Part shown: one piece after another, positions 20,146-30,767 of the stretch | Position numbering within the stretch: the first letter of the stretch is position 1 | How the letters are laid out: every line of letters begins with the position of its first letter | Assembly (NCBI GenBank): GCA_965204375.1 | Contig: OZ241986.1 | Location: 5,216,001-5,280,000 of the forward strand | Reading direction: 5' to 3' | Length of the DNA stretch: 64,000 bases | From: Candidatus Latescibacterota bacterium | GTDB lineage: Bacteria; Latescibacterota; UBA2968 | Position numbers and translations under genes: made by a program | The notes under the pieces: generated by a model | Seen by the model: the letters and a program-made list of their open reading frames with translations, nothing else | Told to the model about the DNA's origin: nothing | Database searches by the model: none

Positions 20146-22704
20146 TCAACGACCCTTCGGCGCCGGAAACATCTCATAGACTTGTTGTATAAGCCTATCT
20201 TTCAGGTCTTGGACCTGAACCGCATTCTGATAAACAAGAAATGCGCACACCAACTCCCGCCTCCGATCAATTCGAAAATGCGCCCCCCACGCGCCGCCGT
20301 GAAAAACGAGATCGGCCAAGCCGGACTCTGAAACGTCGCCCCGGAACCATCCCAATCCGTAGGTCCTCCGAGGTCTGTCAGGTGACTGTAGTCGCCGCAT
20401 CTCGCTTATGGATGCCCTGGAAAGGATTCGCTTTCCGTCAAACACGCCGTCGTTCAGGTGCATCTGACCGAACACCGCCAGCTCGTCCAACGTGGTAAAC
20501 AGCGATCCCCCCGACAGGATGAAGCGGAAATCCTCGATCTCCGCCATGGAACGTTGTCTCTGTAGTTTCCCTTTTTGTCTCAGATACCCCGTGGGCACCG
20601 TCTTTCGCGCTTCGATAGAGGGCAAAAAGGTCGTGTTATTCAGACCCAGGGGGCGAAACAAAGCATCCTGCGCAATCTCCTCGAGCGACTGGCCAAGAGC
20701 GACTTCAGCGACACGACCCAACACGCAATATCCAGTGCCGGAATAGATCCATTTCGTTCCCGGCTCATAGACGAGATCGTACTCTGCAATGCCATTGACC
20801 GCTTCGGCCAGCGGGCGTTCGAAGTTGCGGATGAGATCCATCTTCTCGGGCGTGATTCCCTGGTTCCCCCAAAAGCCTGCGGTGTGCGAGAGCAGGTGGC
20901 GAATCGTCATCGGTCGTGCTGGCGTCTGATTGCCCTCAACCTTTTTCCCTTTGAACTCCGACAGGTATTTCTCCACCGGATCGTCCAGGTTCACCTTCCC
21001 CTGTTCAACCAGGGCCATTACCACGCTTGCCATAAAGGGTTTGGAGACAGATGCGATCGGAAGCAATTCGTCCGTAGTGAATGGTCGCTTCGCTTCGATA
21101 TCGGCATATCCGAACGCCTCTCGAAAGACGATTTCTCCTTTGTGGGCGACAAGAAAGGAGCCCCCCGCAATCTGGTCCTGCTGCACAGCCTGACGCATAA
21201 TTTCGGCCAGCGATGCGATCTGATTTTGCGTCACGCCATGCGACTGTAGATCCGTCTGAATAAACCGATCGAATAGATTCGCCGTCATACGCTGCACGCG
21301 CGCGTCAGGGCCTTGCGGCCGGGCGAATCTATTTGCGGGCAAAACGTGGCCTGGAGGCGATGACACACCTTGCACATACCAGATGGATGCCGCATTGAAT
21401 ACAACGTTGTCCTTAGGCCCATTGTAGATCGTCGCTACATGGGATGAATCAGGCCTATTTTTCCCGTCAACCGCATTGCTTGTGGCCAGGATTTCATGAC
21501 CGGGCAAATCGCGGGCAGGATAACCGTTCCATTCCCAGCCCACCAGGCCATTGATGGCGTCGCCTTCTTTCATATCGGTGCCTTCATACAGCCAGTGATC
21601 GGGCCTGGTGCAGATAAAGTTACCGCCGCCGATGCCCGCGTGGCGTCCACCCATGAGCAGCGCCCCGTCCGGCCCCATTGGATACTTGAGTTTTCGTTCC
21701 GGATACCGCTTGGCGTAGGCATCGCCGACGAAGTAGCCTTCGCGTCGCATAATACGGTGAGGCTGTCCTTCAGCGGAGGGCAGCAAAGGCACCACACCCA
21801 ACACCGTGTTACCACTCAGGAATGCAAGGTTCACACCGGCGTCGCGGGCCACACCGGCACTGTCGAACATCTCCCGCGTCCAATACTCGTCATGGCCCAC
21901 GGAAATGAAACCTTTCGCGCGTTGCAATCCCGTCCCGTCCGTATGCGTATCTACGTTCGATATGTACGACACATCGTAACCCTGCTGCTCCATCCAATAG
22001 GACAGGGGATATTCCCAAAGAAGAAATTCGCCCGAACCCACAGAATTAGGTCTATCGACAAGATGATTCTGGCAGAAATTGGCGTACGGACGATCAAAAC
22101 TCACCCACCCGGTTTCGTTCGGATCGGTGCTCCACTTCTTTCTTCCATTGGGATTGTAAACTTCCTTGTCGTTATGGTAGAGAGACCACCTGTCATCGGG
22201 CCAACTGTTGTAGGCTTGCCAGGTCATGTCGCTACACTGGAAAAGCAGGTCACAGGGCCGGTCGTCACGCACGATGAAGATGATGTAGCTTTGCAGGCCC
22301 TCCTTCTTGGCGGTGAGTTTGCCGAGATAGACACCGCTCAACCAATCGCTGGGAATCTCAAATTCAACCGACGGTTCCCATTTGCATTCACGCAAGCGGT
22401 TTTCACCGATAGGCGGATCGGGTTGGATCTTGCCCTGAATGGATTCAAATTTCATCATGGAGCGCCCGCCGTCACCACCATAATAACCCACGCGGAAAAT
22501 TTCCAACTCGAACTCCGACACTGGATTCGTGCTCACCATGATCTTGAGCGTATCGCCAGCACTCACACTCGTCTCAGAGCAGTAACCCTCGATCCCGGGA
22601 GAACGCCACCATGTATCTGGGTCGATGTAAGTCTTAGCAAGTAACCAGTCGCGCGTTCCGGGTTTTTCGTTTTCTTGCCGGATCAGGCTATTCGATTCGT
22701 TCAT
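20146..22704 (-). CDS. DMFase beta-subunit-like (DUF6605) domain fused to a beta-lactamase-family serine hydrolase
   Basis: IEGYCS..SV, TWQAYN.W, VSFDRPY, SVGHDEYWT, GLVGWEW; C-terminal half has SVSK (SxxK), LLSHTAG, YSG, YGLGW, HGG. Confidence 0.85.
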   Translation of the reverse strand: MNESNSLIRQENEKPGTRDWLLAKTYIDPDTWWRSPGIEGYCSETSVSAGDTLKIMVSTNPVSEFELEIFRVGYYGGDGGRSMMKFESIQGKIQPDPPIGENRLRECKWEPSVEFEIPSDWLSGVYLGKLTAKKEGLQSYIIFIVRDDRPCDLLFQCSDMTWQAYNSWPDDRWSLYHNDKEVYNPNGRKKWSTDPNETGWVSFDRPYANFCQNHLVDRPNSVGSGEFLLWEYPLSYWMEQQGYDVSYISNVDTHTDGTGLQRAKGFISVGHDEYWTREMFDSAGVARDAGVNLAFLSGNTVLGVVPLLPSAEGQPHRIMRREGYFVGDAYAKRYPERKLKYPMGPDGALLMGGRHAGIGGGNFICTRPDHWLYEGTDMKEGDAINGLVGWEWNGYPARDLPGHEILATSNAVDGKNRPDSSHVATIYNGPKDNVVFNAASIWYVQGVSSPPGHVLPANRFARPQGPDARVQRMTANLFDRFIQTDLQSHGVTQNQIASLAEIMRQAVQQDQIAGGSFLVAHKGEIVFREAFGYADIEAKRPFTTDELLPIASVSKPFMASVVMALVEQGKVNLDDPVEKYLSEFKGKKVEGNQTPARPMTIRHLLSHTAGFWGNQGITPEKMDLIRNFERPLAEAVNGIAEYDLVYEPGTKWIYSGTGYCVLGRVAEVALGQSLEEIAQDALFRPLGLNNTTFLPSIEARKTVPTGYLRQKGKLQRQRSMAEIEDFRFILSGGSLFTTLDELAVFGQMHLNDGVFDGKRILSRASISEMRRLQSPDRPRRTYGLGWFRGDVSESGLADLVFHGGAWGAHFRIDRRRELVCAFLVYQNAVQVQDLKDRLIQQVYEMFPAPKGR

Positions 22705-22769
22705 GCTGTTTTCTCCGTGCATCACTTTATTTGTCTGCGCCGTTCTACTTTTATACGATCAACGATCAT

Positions 22770-24008
22770 TTACTCAAGATGATCGCCAATGCCGTTCTTG
22801 TTTTTATCTGTAACGCCGGAGAGGGGATGCTCCACCACCGCTTTCCAGACGATTTCGCGGAAAATTTCGTCAAGGTCGGCGCTTAGGAAACTCGGATTCC
22901 TATTGAACTTGATAGGCGCTGAAATGAGTTCGGGGGATTTGCCGTAGAGCGTGGCGTAGAAGACATAGCCCTCCAGGCGGTCGAAGCCGGGCCCCAAGTG
23001 GCCGCGTTGGTCTGCCCAGATAGAACTTTCTTTTCCGCCAATGACCTTATACAGGCCTTCTACGCCGGGAAGCTCTCCTCGAATGAAGCGTTTGGCCGCC
23101 TCCGTCATGGCGGCGCGCGTCGGCAAGATGTAGACTTCATCGGTTGATTCGCGCAGCGTTTTCACGAAGTCCGCAAAGCCAGTGTTCACAGGGGCGTTGA
23201 GCTGATCGAAGACCGCATCGGTGAAGAACGCTTCAGACTCCGGGTTTCCTTTCCGACTGAAGACTCTCTGGACCTGAGATAGCGTGGGCCAGCCGTCGAT
23301 GAGAAAAAACTTCATGCCGGGATTGTATTGTTCGCAGAAATCGATCCAGCATGTGTAAAATTCTGGACGATCACCGACGTAGGGTCCCCAGATCATCGCC
23401 TCCCATTCCGCGTTGGAAATAGCAGACAGCAGTTTGGGCAGGGGCTTGCCGTCGAATTGGAAGATGCCATTTTCCTGCTCCCATTTGTAGCGAACGCTGC
23501 CCCTTTCCCCGCCGCCGTTATGCAGGCAAAAGGGCTGCTCGAACCCGGCGGCACGGGTGATGGCGGGTAAGGTTCTGTAGCCGGGCGCAGTGAAGCTGTG
23601 GCCCGTGCCCACGATGCGCATGATGCCGTCGGCAGGCTTGGGAAAGGAAAGGGCGTCGCTCGCATCCACATAACTTCGACCCGCAGGGCCGCGCTTATAA
23701 ATTGCCATAATCTCATCAGGCGTCTTAAAGCTTACCGCGTGTGGCGGGAATTCATCCTTCTCCCAGCCGGGATGAAATCTCCCCTTCCATTGCGCTGCTG
23801 CGGCCTCAGCTTGCTCCTTGTGCGCGCGGGCGGCCTTGATCTCCTCTGCGGTCAGCTTGCCATCGCCATCCGCATCCGCGCCAGGATGTTGCCTGAGGAA
23901 TCGAGACAGTTCTTCTTCGGAGAACTGTTGCGCTTGCGCATTCGAGAAGGGTGCGGCCGCCACCAGGGCGAGGATCACTAAGAGTAGGATTGGGCGTTGT
24001 TTGTTCAT
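22770..24008 (-). CDS. Secreted hypothetical protein with an EF-hand-like motif and a possible SGNH-like domain
   Basis: Signal peptide, DADGDGKLTAEE, VGTGHSF, D..GH. Confidence 0.7.
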   Translation of the reverse strand: MNKQRPILLLVILALVAAAPFSNAQAQQFSEEELSRFLRQHPGADADGDGKLTAEEIKAARAHKEQAEAAAAQWKGRFHPGWEKDEFPPHAVSFKTPDEIMAIYKRGPAGRSYVDASDALSFPKPADGIMRIVGTGHSFTAPGYRTLPAITRAAGFEQPFCLHNGGGERGSVRYKWEQENGIFQFDGKPLPKLLSAISNAEWEAMIWGPYVGDRPEFYTCWIDFCEQYNPGMKFFLIDGWPTLSQVQRVFSRKGNPESEAFFTDAVFDQLNAPVNTGFADFVKTLRESTDEVYILPTRAAMTEAAKRFIRGELPGVEGLYKVIGGKESSIWADQRGHLGPGFDRLEGYVFYATLYGKSPELISAPIKFNRNPSFLSADLDEIFREIVWKAVVEHPLSGVTDKNKNGIGDHLE

Positions 24009-24202
24009 GGTTCCTCCTTATTAACTGATATTTCCCACATACAACCGCTCGCGCCTATCGCGAACAGGTTTCAATTATATTATCGACGTTTCCCTGCGTG
24101 CGAACCATCAAGGTGCCTTTCCATGTCCCGGAGAATCACCATCTTGGCGTTCGGTATGGCCTCCTGGGTATCCCACTGGGCCTTGAGCACCACATCTCCT
24201 TT

Positions 24203-25795
24203 TTATTCAAATGATGGAGATTCCTTGACGAACCAATCAAACACATTTTTTGTCATACGTTGAACGCGCGGGTCCGGACCTTTCGGCTTGGCATGCCTAT
24301 GTGCGGGCAATATGTGGCCGGGAGGCGCCGACAAACCTTGCGCCCACCAGATCGTCCCGGCGTTGAAGACGACATTATTCTTTGGCCCATCGTAGATCGT
24401 AGCGGCATGAGGACTGTACCTGCGATTCTTCGGTAGCATCGGTCCCTCGGCCAGAACTTCAAAGTTAGGCAGTTCGAGAGCAGGCGATCCATGCCATTCC
24501 CAGCCCACCAGGCCTTTGATCGTGTCGCCTTCTTTCATGCCCGTGCCTTCATACAGCCAGTGATCGGCATTGGCGCAGGTCCAATCGCCTCCGCCAACCC
24601 CGGCGGTGCGTCCCCCCATGAGTAGCCTCGCGTCCGGTCCCGCTGGATACTTGGCGGGGGTGCCGCGTCGCTTGTTCAACATCTTGCTGAGTTCCTCGCC
24701 AAGGAACTTATCTTCGCGTCGCATGATCCGGTGGAGCTGCCCTTCGGCAGAGGGCAGCAAAGGCACCACACCCCAAACCGAATTACCACTCAGGAACGCA
24801 AGGTTGACACCGGCGTCCCGAGCCTCGATGACGTTGTCGTACATCTCTCGGGTCCAATACTCGTCATGGCCCACGGAGATAAAGCCTTTCGCGCGTTGTA
24901 GTCTCGGACCGTGCCTGTGCGTATCCACATTTGAGATATACGACACATCGTACCCCTGCTGCTCTATCCAGTAGGACAGCGGAAATTCCCAAAGAAGAAA
25001 TTCGCCCGTGCCCACGGACTTGGGATTCATGACAAGATGATCCTGGCAGAACTGCGCGTAGGGACGGTCAAAACTCACCCACCCGGTATCGTTCGCGTTG
25101 GTGCTCCACTTTTTTCTTTTCTTGTATCCCGTGTAGCCATTTTTGTCGTTGTGGTAAAGAGACCACTCGTTGGTAGGCCAACTGTTGTAGGCTTGCCAGG
25201 TCATGTCGCTGCACTGGAAGAGCAAATCGCAGGGGCGATCATCGCGCACAATAAAGATGACGTAGCTTTGTACGCCGCCCTCCTTGGCAGTGAGTTTGCC
25301 GAGATAGACACCACTCAGCCAATCGTCGGGAATCTCAAATTCTACGGAAGGTTCCCAGGTGCATTCGCGCAGACGGTTCTCGCCTATCGACGGATCGGCT
25401 TGGGTTTTACCCGGCAGCGAATCGAAACGCTTCATGGACCGCCCGCCGGTGCCGCCGTAGTAACCCGTGCGGAAGATTTCCAGACTGAACTCCGAAACCG
25501 GATTCGTGCTCACCATGACCTTGATCATGTCGCCAGCGCTCACGCTCGTCTCGGAGCAGTAGCCCTCGATTCGCGGGCTACGCCACAACGCCACCGGCTC
25601 GTTGGCAGTGATGTCGGTCTTAGTGAGCAACCAGTCCCGCGTTCCACGCTCGGCGTTTTCGAGTTCTATCATATTTTCCCCTACTGGCGTTTGGCCAAAG
25701 GCCTCAGGAATGCCAAGCGCGCCTGATGCCAGCCCAAGGCTTACTGCAGCGGCGCCTTTGAGTGCATCACGGCGATTCATGCTGGATTCGTTCAT
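24203..25795 (-). CDS. Tat-exported DMFase beta-like (DUF6605) protein
   Basis: NRRDALKG Tat motif and the same conserved motifs as its paralogues. Confidence 0.85.
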   Translation of the reverse strand: MNESSMNRRDALKGAAAVSLGLASGALGIPEAFGQTPVGENMIELENAERGTRDWLLTKTDITANEPVALWRSPRIEGYCSETSVSAGDMIKVMVSTNPVSEFSLEIFRTGYYGGTGGRSMKRFDSLPGKTQADPSIGENRLRECTWEPSVEFEIPDDWLSGVYLGKLTAKEGGVQSYVIFIVRDDRPCDLLFQCSDMTWQAYNSWPTNEWSLYHNDKNGYTGYKKRKKWSTNANDTGWVSFDRPYAQFCQDHLVMNPKSVGTGEFLLWEFPLSYWIEQQGYDVSYISNVDTHRHGPRLQRAKGFISVGHDEYWTREMYDNVIEARDAGVNLAFLSGNSVWGVVPLLPSAEGQLHRIMRREDKFLGEELSKMLNKRRGTPAKYPAGPDARLLMGGRTAGVGGGDWTCANADHWLYEGTGMKEGDTIKGLVGWEWHGSPALELPNFEVLAEGPMLPKNRRYSPHAATIYDGPKNNVVFNAGTIWWAQGLSAPPGHILPAHRHAKPKGPDPRVQRMTKNVFDWFVKESPSFE

Positions 25796-25859
25796 GCTGT
25801 TTTCTTTGTTCATTCTGGCGCTCCTCTGGATATTGGACACAGATAGCCTTGTTTCTACC

Positions 25860-26025
25860 ATGGGAACCCTTCGGTCGGCGTCGCCGTGGAAGATCCAAAT
25901 GGGGATGTGCTTGATCTTTGGGGCTTCTTCAGGCGCCCATGCTGAGGCGATGGGAATGGCCGCTGCAAAGGTGTTCGGGCGGGAGACAATGGCGCCGAAG
26001 GTTCCGAGGCCGCCCATAGATTCGA
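25860..26025 (-). pseudogene. Fragment of an alpha/beta-hydrolase (esterase/peptidase)
   Basis: SMGGLGTF...FAAAIPI...IPIWIFHGDAD..VP, with no N- or C-terminus. Confidence 0.7.
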
Positions 26026-26030
26026 TGGAC

Positions 26031-27476
26031 CTATCGGTTGCGTCCAGATAGTTCGCCAGGTGGCTCATGATGAACAGGAATCCCTTTTTGCATCTCTTTT
26101 TTTACATCTGCATATTCAGGACTATCCGCGAGGTTATGCCATTCCCACTTATCTTTCTCGTGATCATACAACTCTTCACTTCCGTCAGCATATACGATAT
26201 ACCTGTATCGTTCGGATCGAACGCCATAATTCTTGTACCCAAAAGTGGTTAAGGAAGTCTTATCCCATGGAGCCTCAGGGTTTTTCATCAAGACTGAGAG
26301 ATCGTTTCCTTCCAGTTGTTTTTCAGGTGGTTTGCAGCCGGTCAGGGAGGCAAGTGTAGGATAAATATCCAGCAAATTCACGGGCTTGGCGCAGGTCGAA
26401 CCAGGCTTTGTCACACCAGGTGCCACCCATACCAAATTCACCCTCGTGGCCCTTTCCCAGAGAGAGTATTTTGCCCAACGCTCTTTTTCGCCCAGCTGAA
26501 AACCATGGTCGCTCCACAACACGATAATCGTATTGTCGGCGTACTTTGATTTCTCGAGCGCCCCTACAATCTGGCCGATCAGGTCATCCGTCATGGCAGT
26601 GGACGCCAGATAAGCCTGAATCGCAGGCTTCCACTGACCGGCAGCCCTAATCTTCTTAAGCCACGCAATATGCTGCTGCTTTGCACTCGCCTCGGGCACA
26701 TCTTCCAAATCATCCTCTTTGTAACCCTCCGGAAGCTCTATTTCATCCAGAGGGAACCAATCAAAATACTTTTGGAGCGCATAATTGGGCAGATGCGGTT
26801 GGAAGATGCCGGCGCCTAAAAAGAAGGGTTCTTTCAGCTCTCCCCCGAGCAGTGTCTCTGCCGCCCATTTCGCGGTTTTCCCATCATTGATATCCTCCAG
26901 TTTAACGTCTGGGGCGTAAGGGCCCCAGTCGGCATATCTTGCTATATTCTTCATCCCGTTCATGGGCCTCGGGCTGGAGAATCTGTCTATCCAAGGGAAC
27001 AGGTCCTGCGTTTTGCTCGGGTAATAGTCATCAAAGCCCCGCCCTTGTACTTCCTGTTTGAAATGAGCGCCGTGAAACAACTTTCCGGAGCCGCAGACAT
27101 AGTATCCATTTTGTTGAAAAAACTCGGGCAATAGAACCGAGTTGTTCAGTATCGGATTGCGTGTAAGCGAGCTTCGGTTGACATAATTACCCGATGTCGA
27201 AGGACGGATCCCGGTCATAATGGCAGCTCTTGAAGGACCGCAGGCGGGAGCTGTACAATGCGCATTTGTGAACACCACCCCACGAGAAGCCAGCTTGTCT
27301 ATATGAGGCGTTCGGGCCTGAGGATTGCCTTTCAACATGCCAGTCCAGTCATTTAAATCATCAATAGCGATAAACAATATATTGGGCTTCTCGTCCTGCT
27401 GGTTTAAGTCCTGCCCTTCAATCTTTCCTACCATGCACAAGAGGCAAACCGCCAGAGACAGTATCATTATTTTCAT
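26031..27476 (-). CDS. Secreted sulfatase (choline/iduronate sulfatase-like)
   Basis: PNILFIAIDDL, CGPSR (CxPxR), GKLFH, WSDHG. Confidence 0.92.
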   Translation of the reverse strand: MKIMILSLAVCLLCMVGKIEGQDLNQQDEKPNILFIAIDDLNDWTGMLKGNPQARTPHIDKLASRGVVFTNAHCTAPACGPSRAAIMTGIRPSTSGNYVNRSSLTRNPILNNSVLLPEFFQQNGYYVCGSGKLFHGAHFKQEVQGRGFDDYYPSKTQDLFPWIDRFSSPRPMNGMKNIARYADWGPYAPDVKLEDINDGKTAKWAAETLLGGELKEPFFLGAGIFQPHLPNYALQKYFDWFPLDEIELPEGYKEDDLEDVPEASAKQQHIAWLKKIRAAGQWKPAIQAYLASTAMTDDLIGQIVGALEKSKYADNTIIVLWSDHGFQLGEKERWAKYSLWERATRVNLVWVAPGVTKPGSTCAKPVNLLDIYPTLASLTGCKPPEKQLEGNDLSVLMKNPEAPWDKTSLTTFGYKNYGVRSERYRYIVYADGSEELYDHEKDKWEWHNLADSPEYADVKKEMQKGIPVHHEPPGELSGRNR

Positions 27477-27496
27477 TCTAGATTTCCCCTTTATTT

Positions 27497-29083
27497 TCAC
27501 CCAATAAAGCGTTGAAACAGATTGTGAGTAATTTGCTGGACGCGCTCGTCTGGGCCTTGTTGCGTTACCCCATGCCTTGATGGGTTGACGTGCCCCGGTG
27601 GGCTGGACAAACCATTGGCCCACCAGATGGTGGCGCAGTTGAACACGATGTTGCCTTTTGGCCCGTCGTAAACGGTTGCGGTATAATGGCCCGGATTTTT
27701 GCCGTTGATCAGTGTTTCGCCTTCAGCAACGACTTGCATTCCGGGCAGGTCCATCGCGGGAGCACCGTGCCACTCCCAGCCAACGAGACCTTTGACCGAA
27801 TCTCCCTTTTCCATCCCGGTCCCTTCAAAAAGCCAGTGTTCTGGCATGGCGCATGTCCAATCGCCGCTTCCTCTACCGGGGGGAGTCCACCGTGCCCCCA
27901 TTAATTGTGCGCCATCGGGACCCATGTTGGGTTGAAAACCTTTCTGATTGTGCGTTCTTTGTTCGACCCTGCTGTGGTATTCGGATGGAAAGAACCAGCC
28001 TTCTCTGCGCGTGGCGCGGTTGGGCGTACCGTTTGCGGAAGGCAGCAGCGGTACTACACAGAGAACTGAATTGGCGCTTAGAAACGCCAGGTTCACGCCT
28101 TCGTCACGGGCTTTGAGCACATTGTCGTACATGTCCAAAGTCCAGTACTCGTCGTGCCCCACCGAAATGAACCCTTTGGTGCGCAGCAAACCCGCGGGGT
28201 CGGCGTGCGTGTCGATATTGGAGATATAGGAAACATCGTACCCGTGTTGCTCCAGCCAAAAGGACAATGGGAATTCCCAGGGCAGGAATTCGCCGGAGCC
28301 ACCGGAGGTCTTGTGCTTGTTGACGGGGTGGGTAAACAAGCCGTAGGGCCGATCGAAGCTCACTGTCCCGCTGGGCACACCGGTGCTGGAATACCCTTCA
28401 TGTTTTGTGTAAATAGAGAAATCGGCTGGCCAGCGGTTGTAGGCAGACCAGGTCAGGTCACTGCATTGAAACAGCAGATCGCAGGGGCGATCATCGCGGA
28501 CGATGAAGATGACGTAGCTCTGAATTCCGGTGGTCTCTTCCGTCAGTTTCCCCAGGTAGACGCCGCTCAGCCAATCTTCGGGAATCTCGAATTCCACAGA
28601 GGGCTTCCAACTGCATTCGCGCAGGTAGTTTTCATCGATGGGCGGGTCCGGCTGCTGGGTGCCTTCGAGCGCATCATAAGTACGAACAAGCCGCCCCCCA
28701 TCCCCGTTGTAGTAACCGGTCCGAAAGATCTCCAACTTGAACGCGGATGCTGGAGCCGTGCTCACCATAATCTGCAACTTCTCGCCAGCTCGAATGCTGT
28801 TCGCCGAGCAATACCCTTCAATCCACGGGCAGCGCCCGTTGGTCAAGATGGGATTGATCTTCCCCGGGAGCTGGCGTGTCTTGGTGAGCATCCAGTCCCG
28901 CGTTCCACGCTCGGCGTTTTCGAGTTGGATGCGATTGCGTCGTTTTGATTTCGATACGTTTGAATTTCCGTAGAGTTGTGGCGCGCCGAAGGTTCCGGCT
29001 GCGAGACCGAGACTTGTGGCGGCGACGCCTTTGATAAAATCGCGGCGATGCAGACCGCCCCCGGGTGTGTGTGATTCGGTCAT
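27497..29083 (-). CDS. Tat-exported DMFase beta-like (DUF6605) protein
   Basis: HRRDFIKG Tat motif, TWSAYN.W, SFDRPY, SVGHDEYW. Confidence 0.85.
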   Translation of the reverse strand: MTESHTPGGGLHRRDFIKGVAATSLGLAAGTFGAPQLYGNSNVSKSKRRNRIQLENAERGTRDWMLTKTRQLPGKINPILTNGRCPWIEGYCSANSIRAGEKLQIMVSTAPASAFKLEIFRTGYYNGDGGRLVRTYDALEGTQQPDPPIDENYLRECSWKPSVEFEIPEDWLSGVYLGKLTEETTGIQSYVIFIVRDDRPCDLLFQCSDLTWSAYNRWPADFSIYTKHEGYSSTGVPSGTVSFDRPYGLFTHPVNKHKTSGGSGEFLPWEFPLSFWLEQHGYDVSYISNIDTHADPAGLLRTKGFISVGHDEYWTLDMYDNVLKARDEGVNLAFLSANSVLCVVPLLPSANGTPNRATRREGWFFPSEYHSRVEQRTHNQKGFQPNMGPDGAQLMGARWTPPGRGSGDWTCAMPEHWLFEGTGMEKGDSVKGLVGWEWHGAPAMDLPGMQVVAEGETLINGKNPGHYTATVYDGPKGNIVFNCATIWWANGLSSPPGHVNPSRHGVTQQGPDERVQQITHNLFQRFIG

Positions 29084-29110
29084 ATTGTCTCCTTTTCCCA
29101 TTGTTGGACC

Positions 29111-30733
29111 TTACTCTACAAACCGATTAAACACATTCTCCATCATGCGTTGCACGCGCGGATCCGGGCCTTGCGGCTCGGCAACCCGCGCGGGTAGTAC
29201 GTGGCCTAGAGGCGATGCCAAGCCTTGTGCCCACCAGATCGTCCCGGCGTTGAACACAAAGTTGTTCTTGGGCCCGTCGTAGATCGTCGCGACATGGGGC
29301 GGTTTGACTTTTCCCTGGTTATTTTTTGTGGCGCCTTTCGCCAGGATTTCCATCCCGGGCTGATCGTAAGGGGGAGAACCGTGCCATTCCCATCCCACCA
29401 GGCCTTTGATTGCGTCGCCTTCTTTCAGGTCTGTGCCTTGATATAGCCAGTGATCGGGCTTGACGCAGACCCAGTCTCCGCCGCCGCCGATACCGGCCGT
29501 ACGTCCACCCATAAGCAGCGCCCCGTCCGGCCCTGGCGGAGACTTGAAGCCTGTTCGCTTGTGATACATCCCGCCAAGTTCCTGGCCAAGGAACACGCCT
29601 TCCCGCCGCATGATCCGGTGGGACTGCCCCTCGGCAGAGGGCAACAAAGATACAACGCCCCAGATGGCGTTCCCGCTCAGGAAGGTGAGGTTGACACCGG
29701 CGTCCCGAGCCTCGATGACGTTGTCATACATTTCCCGGGTCCAATACTCGTCGTGCCCTACCGAGATAAAGCCTTTGGCGCGCTGCAGTCCAGATCCATC
29801 CGCGTGCGTATCCACATTTGAGATATACGACACATCGTAGCCCTGCTGCTCTATCCAATAGGACAGCGGAAATTCCCAAAGAAGAAATTCGCCCGAACCC
29901 TGGGACTTGGGATTCTTGACCAGATGATCCATGCAGAACTGCGCGTAGGGACGGTCAAAACTCACCCATCCGGTATCCGGACCGGTACTCCACTTTTTCC
30001 TTTTCTTATATCCCGTGTAGCCATTCTCGTCGTTGTGGTAAAGAGACCACTCGTTAGTAGGCCAACTGTTGTAGGCTTGCCAGGTCATGTCGCTGCACTG
30101 GAAGAGCAAATCGCAGGGGCGATCATCGCGGACGATGAAGATGACGTAGCTTTGCAGACCTTCCTTGGCAGTGAGTTTGCCCAGATAGACGCCGCTCAGC
30201 CAATCGTTGGGGATCTCCAATTCTACCGATGGTTCCCACTTGCATTCTCGCAAGCGGTTCTCGCCGATTGGTGGATCCGGTTGGGTTTTACCCGGCAGCG
30301 AATCAAATCGTTTCATGAACCGCCCGCCGGTGCCGCCGTAGTAACCCGTGCGGAAGATTTCCAGACTGAACTCCGACACTGGATTCGTGCTCACCATGAT
30401 CTTGATCGTGTCGCCGGCACGCACACTCATCGCGGAGCAGTAGCCCTCGATTCGCGGGGAACGCCACAACTCCACCGGTTCGATGTCGTTGATGTCGGTC
30501 TTAGTGAGCAACCAGTCGCGCGTTCCACGCCTGGCGTTTTCGAGTTGGATACGCTTGCGTCGTTTTGATTTCGATACGTTTGAATTTCCGTAGAGCTGTG
30601 GCGTGCCGAAGGTTCCGGCTGCGAGCCCGAGACTTGCGGCTGCGACGCCTTTGATTAAATCACGGCGATTCAGGCCATTTTGACACGTAAAACGCTTCCA
30701 GAAATGAAAAACTGCTTTCAAATCTTTGCTCAT
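29111..30733 (-). CDS. Tat-exported DMFase beta-like (DUF6605) protein with an N-terminus derived from a CRISPR leader copy
   Basis: NRRDLIKG and conserved motifs; AGGAG-N8-ATG lies inside the leader-like sequence. Confidence 0.8.
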   Translation of the reverse strand: MSKDLKAVFHFWKRFTCQNGLNRRDLIKGVAAASLGLAAGTFGTPQLYGNSNVSKSKRRKRIQLENARRGTRDWLLTKTDINDIEPVELWRSPRIEGYCSAMSVRAGDTIKIMVSTNPVSEFSLEIFRTGYYGGTGGRFMKRFDSLPGKTQPDPPIGENRLRECKWEPSVELEIPNDWLSGVYLGKLTAKEGLQSYVIFIVRDDRPCDLLFQCSDMTWQAYNSWPTNEWSLYHNDENGYTGYKKRKKWSTGPDTGWVSFDRPYAQFCMDHLVKNPKSQGSGEFLLWEFPLSYWIEQQGYDVSYISNVDTHADGSGLQRAKGFISVGHDEYWTREMYDNVIEARDAGVNLTFLSGNAIWGVVSLLPSAEGQSHRIMRREGVFLGQELGGMYHKRTGFKSPPGPDGALLMGGRTAGIGGGGDWVCVKPDHWLYQGTDLKEGDAIKGLVGWEWHGSPPYDQPGMEILAKGATKNNQGKVKPPHVATIYDGPKNNFVFNAGTIWWAQGLASPLGHVLPARVAEPQGPDPRVQRMMENVFNRFVE

Positions 30734-30761
30734 AATACACACTCCTGCAAAAGATTAGAAA
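30665..30761 (-). repeat. Copy of the array-1 leader segment 4008-4104
   Basis: Ungapped 97-nt alignment with about 15 mismatches by manual count. Confidence 0.9.
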
Positions 30762-30767
30762 ATGGAA

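Noticed and set aside
21496-22644. Long + strand ORFs repeated opposite each DUF6605 gene, and long antisense ORFs at 48-60 kb
   Set aside because: These are shadow frames caused by codon bias; their recurrence only mirrors the paralogy of the real genes.
24078-24200. Short minus-strand remnant reading AIPNAKMVILRDM
   Set aside because: It resembles an alpha/beta-hydrolase C-terminus but is too short to call.
24203-26068. 621-aa esterase-DUF6605 fusion shown in the ORF track
   Set aside because: An internal start with a Tat signal at 25795 and a truncated esterase segment overlapping the sulfatase end indicate an in-frame remnant, not a true fusion.
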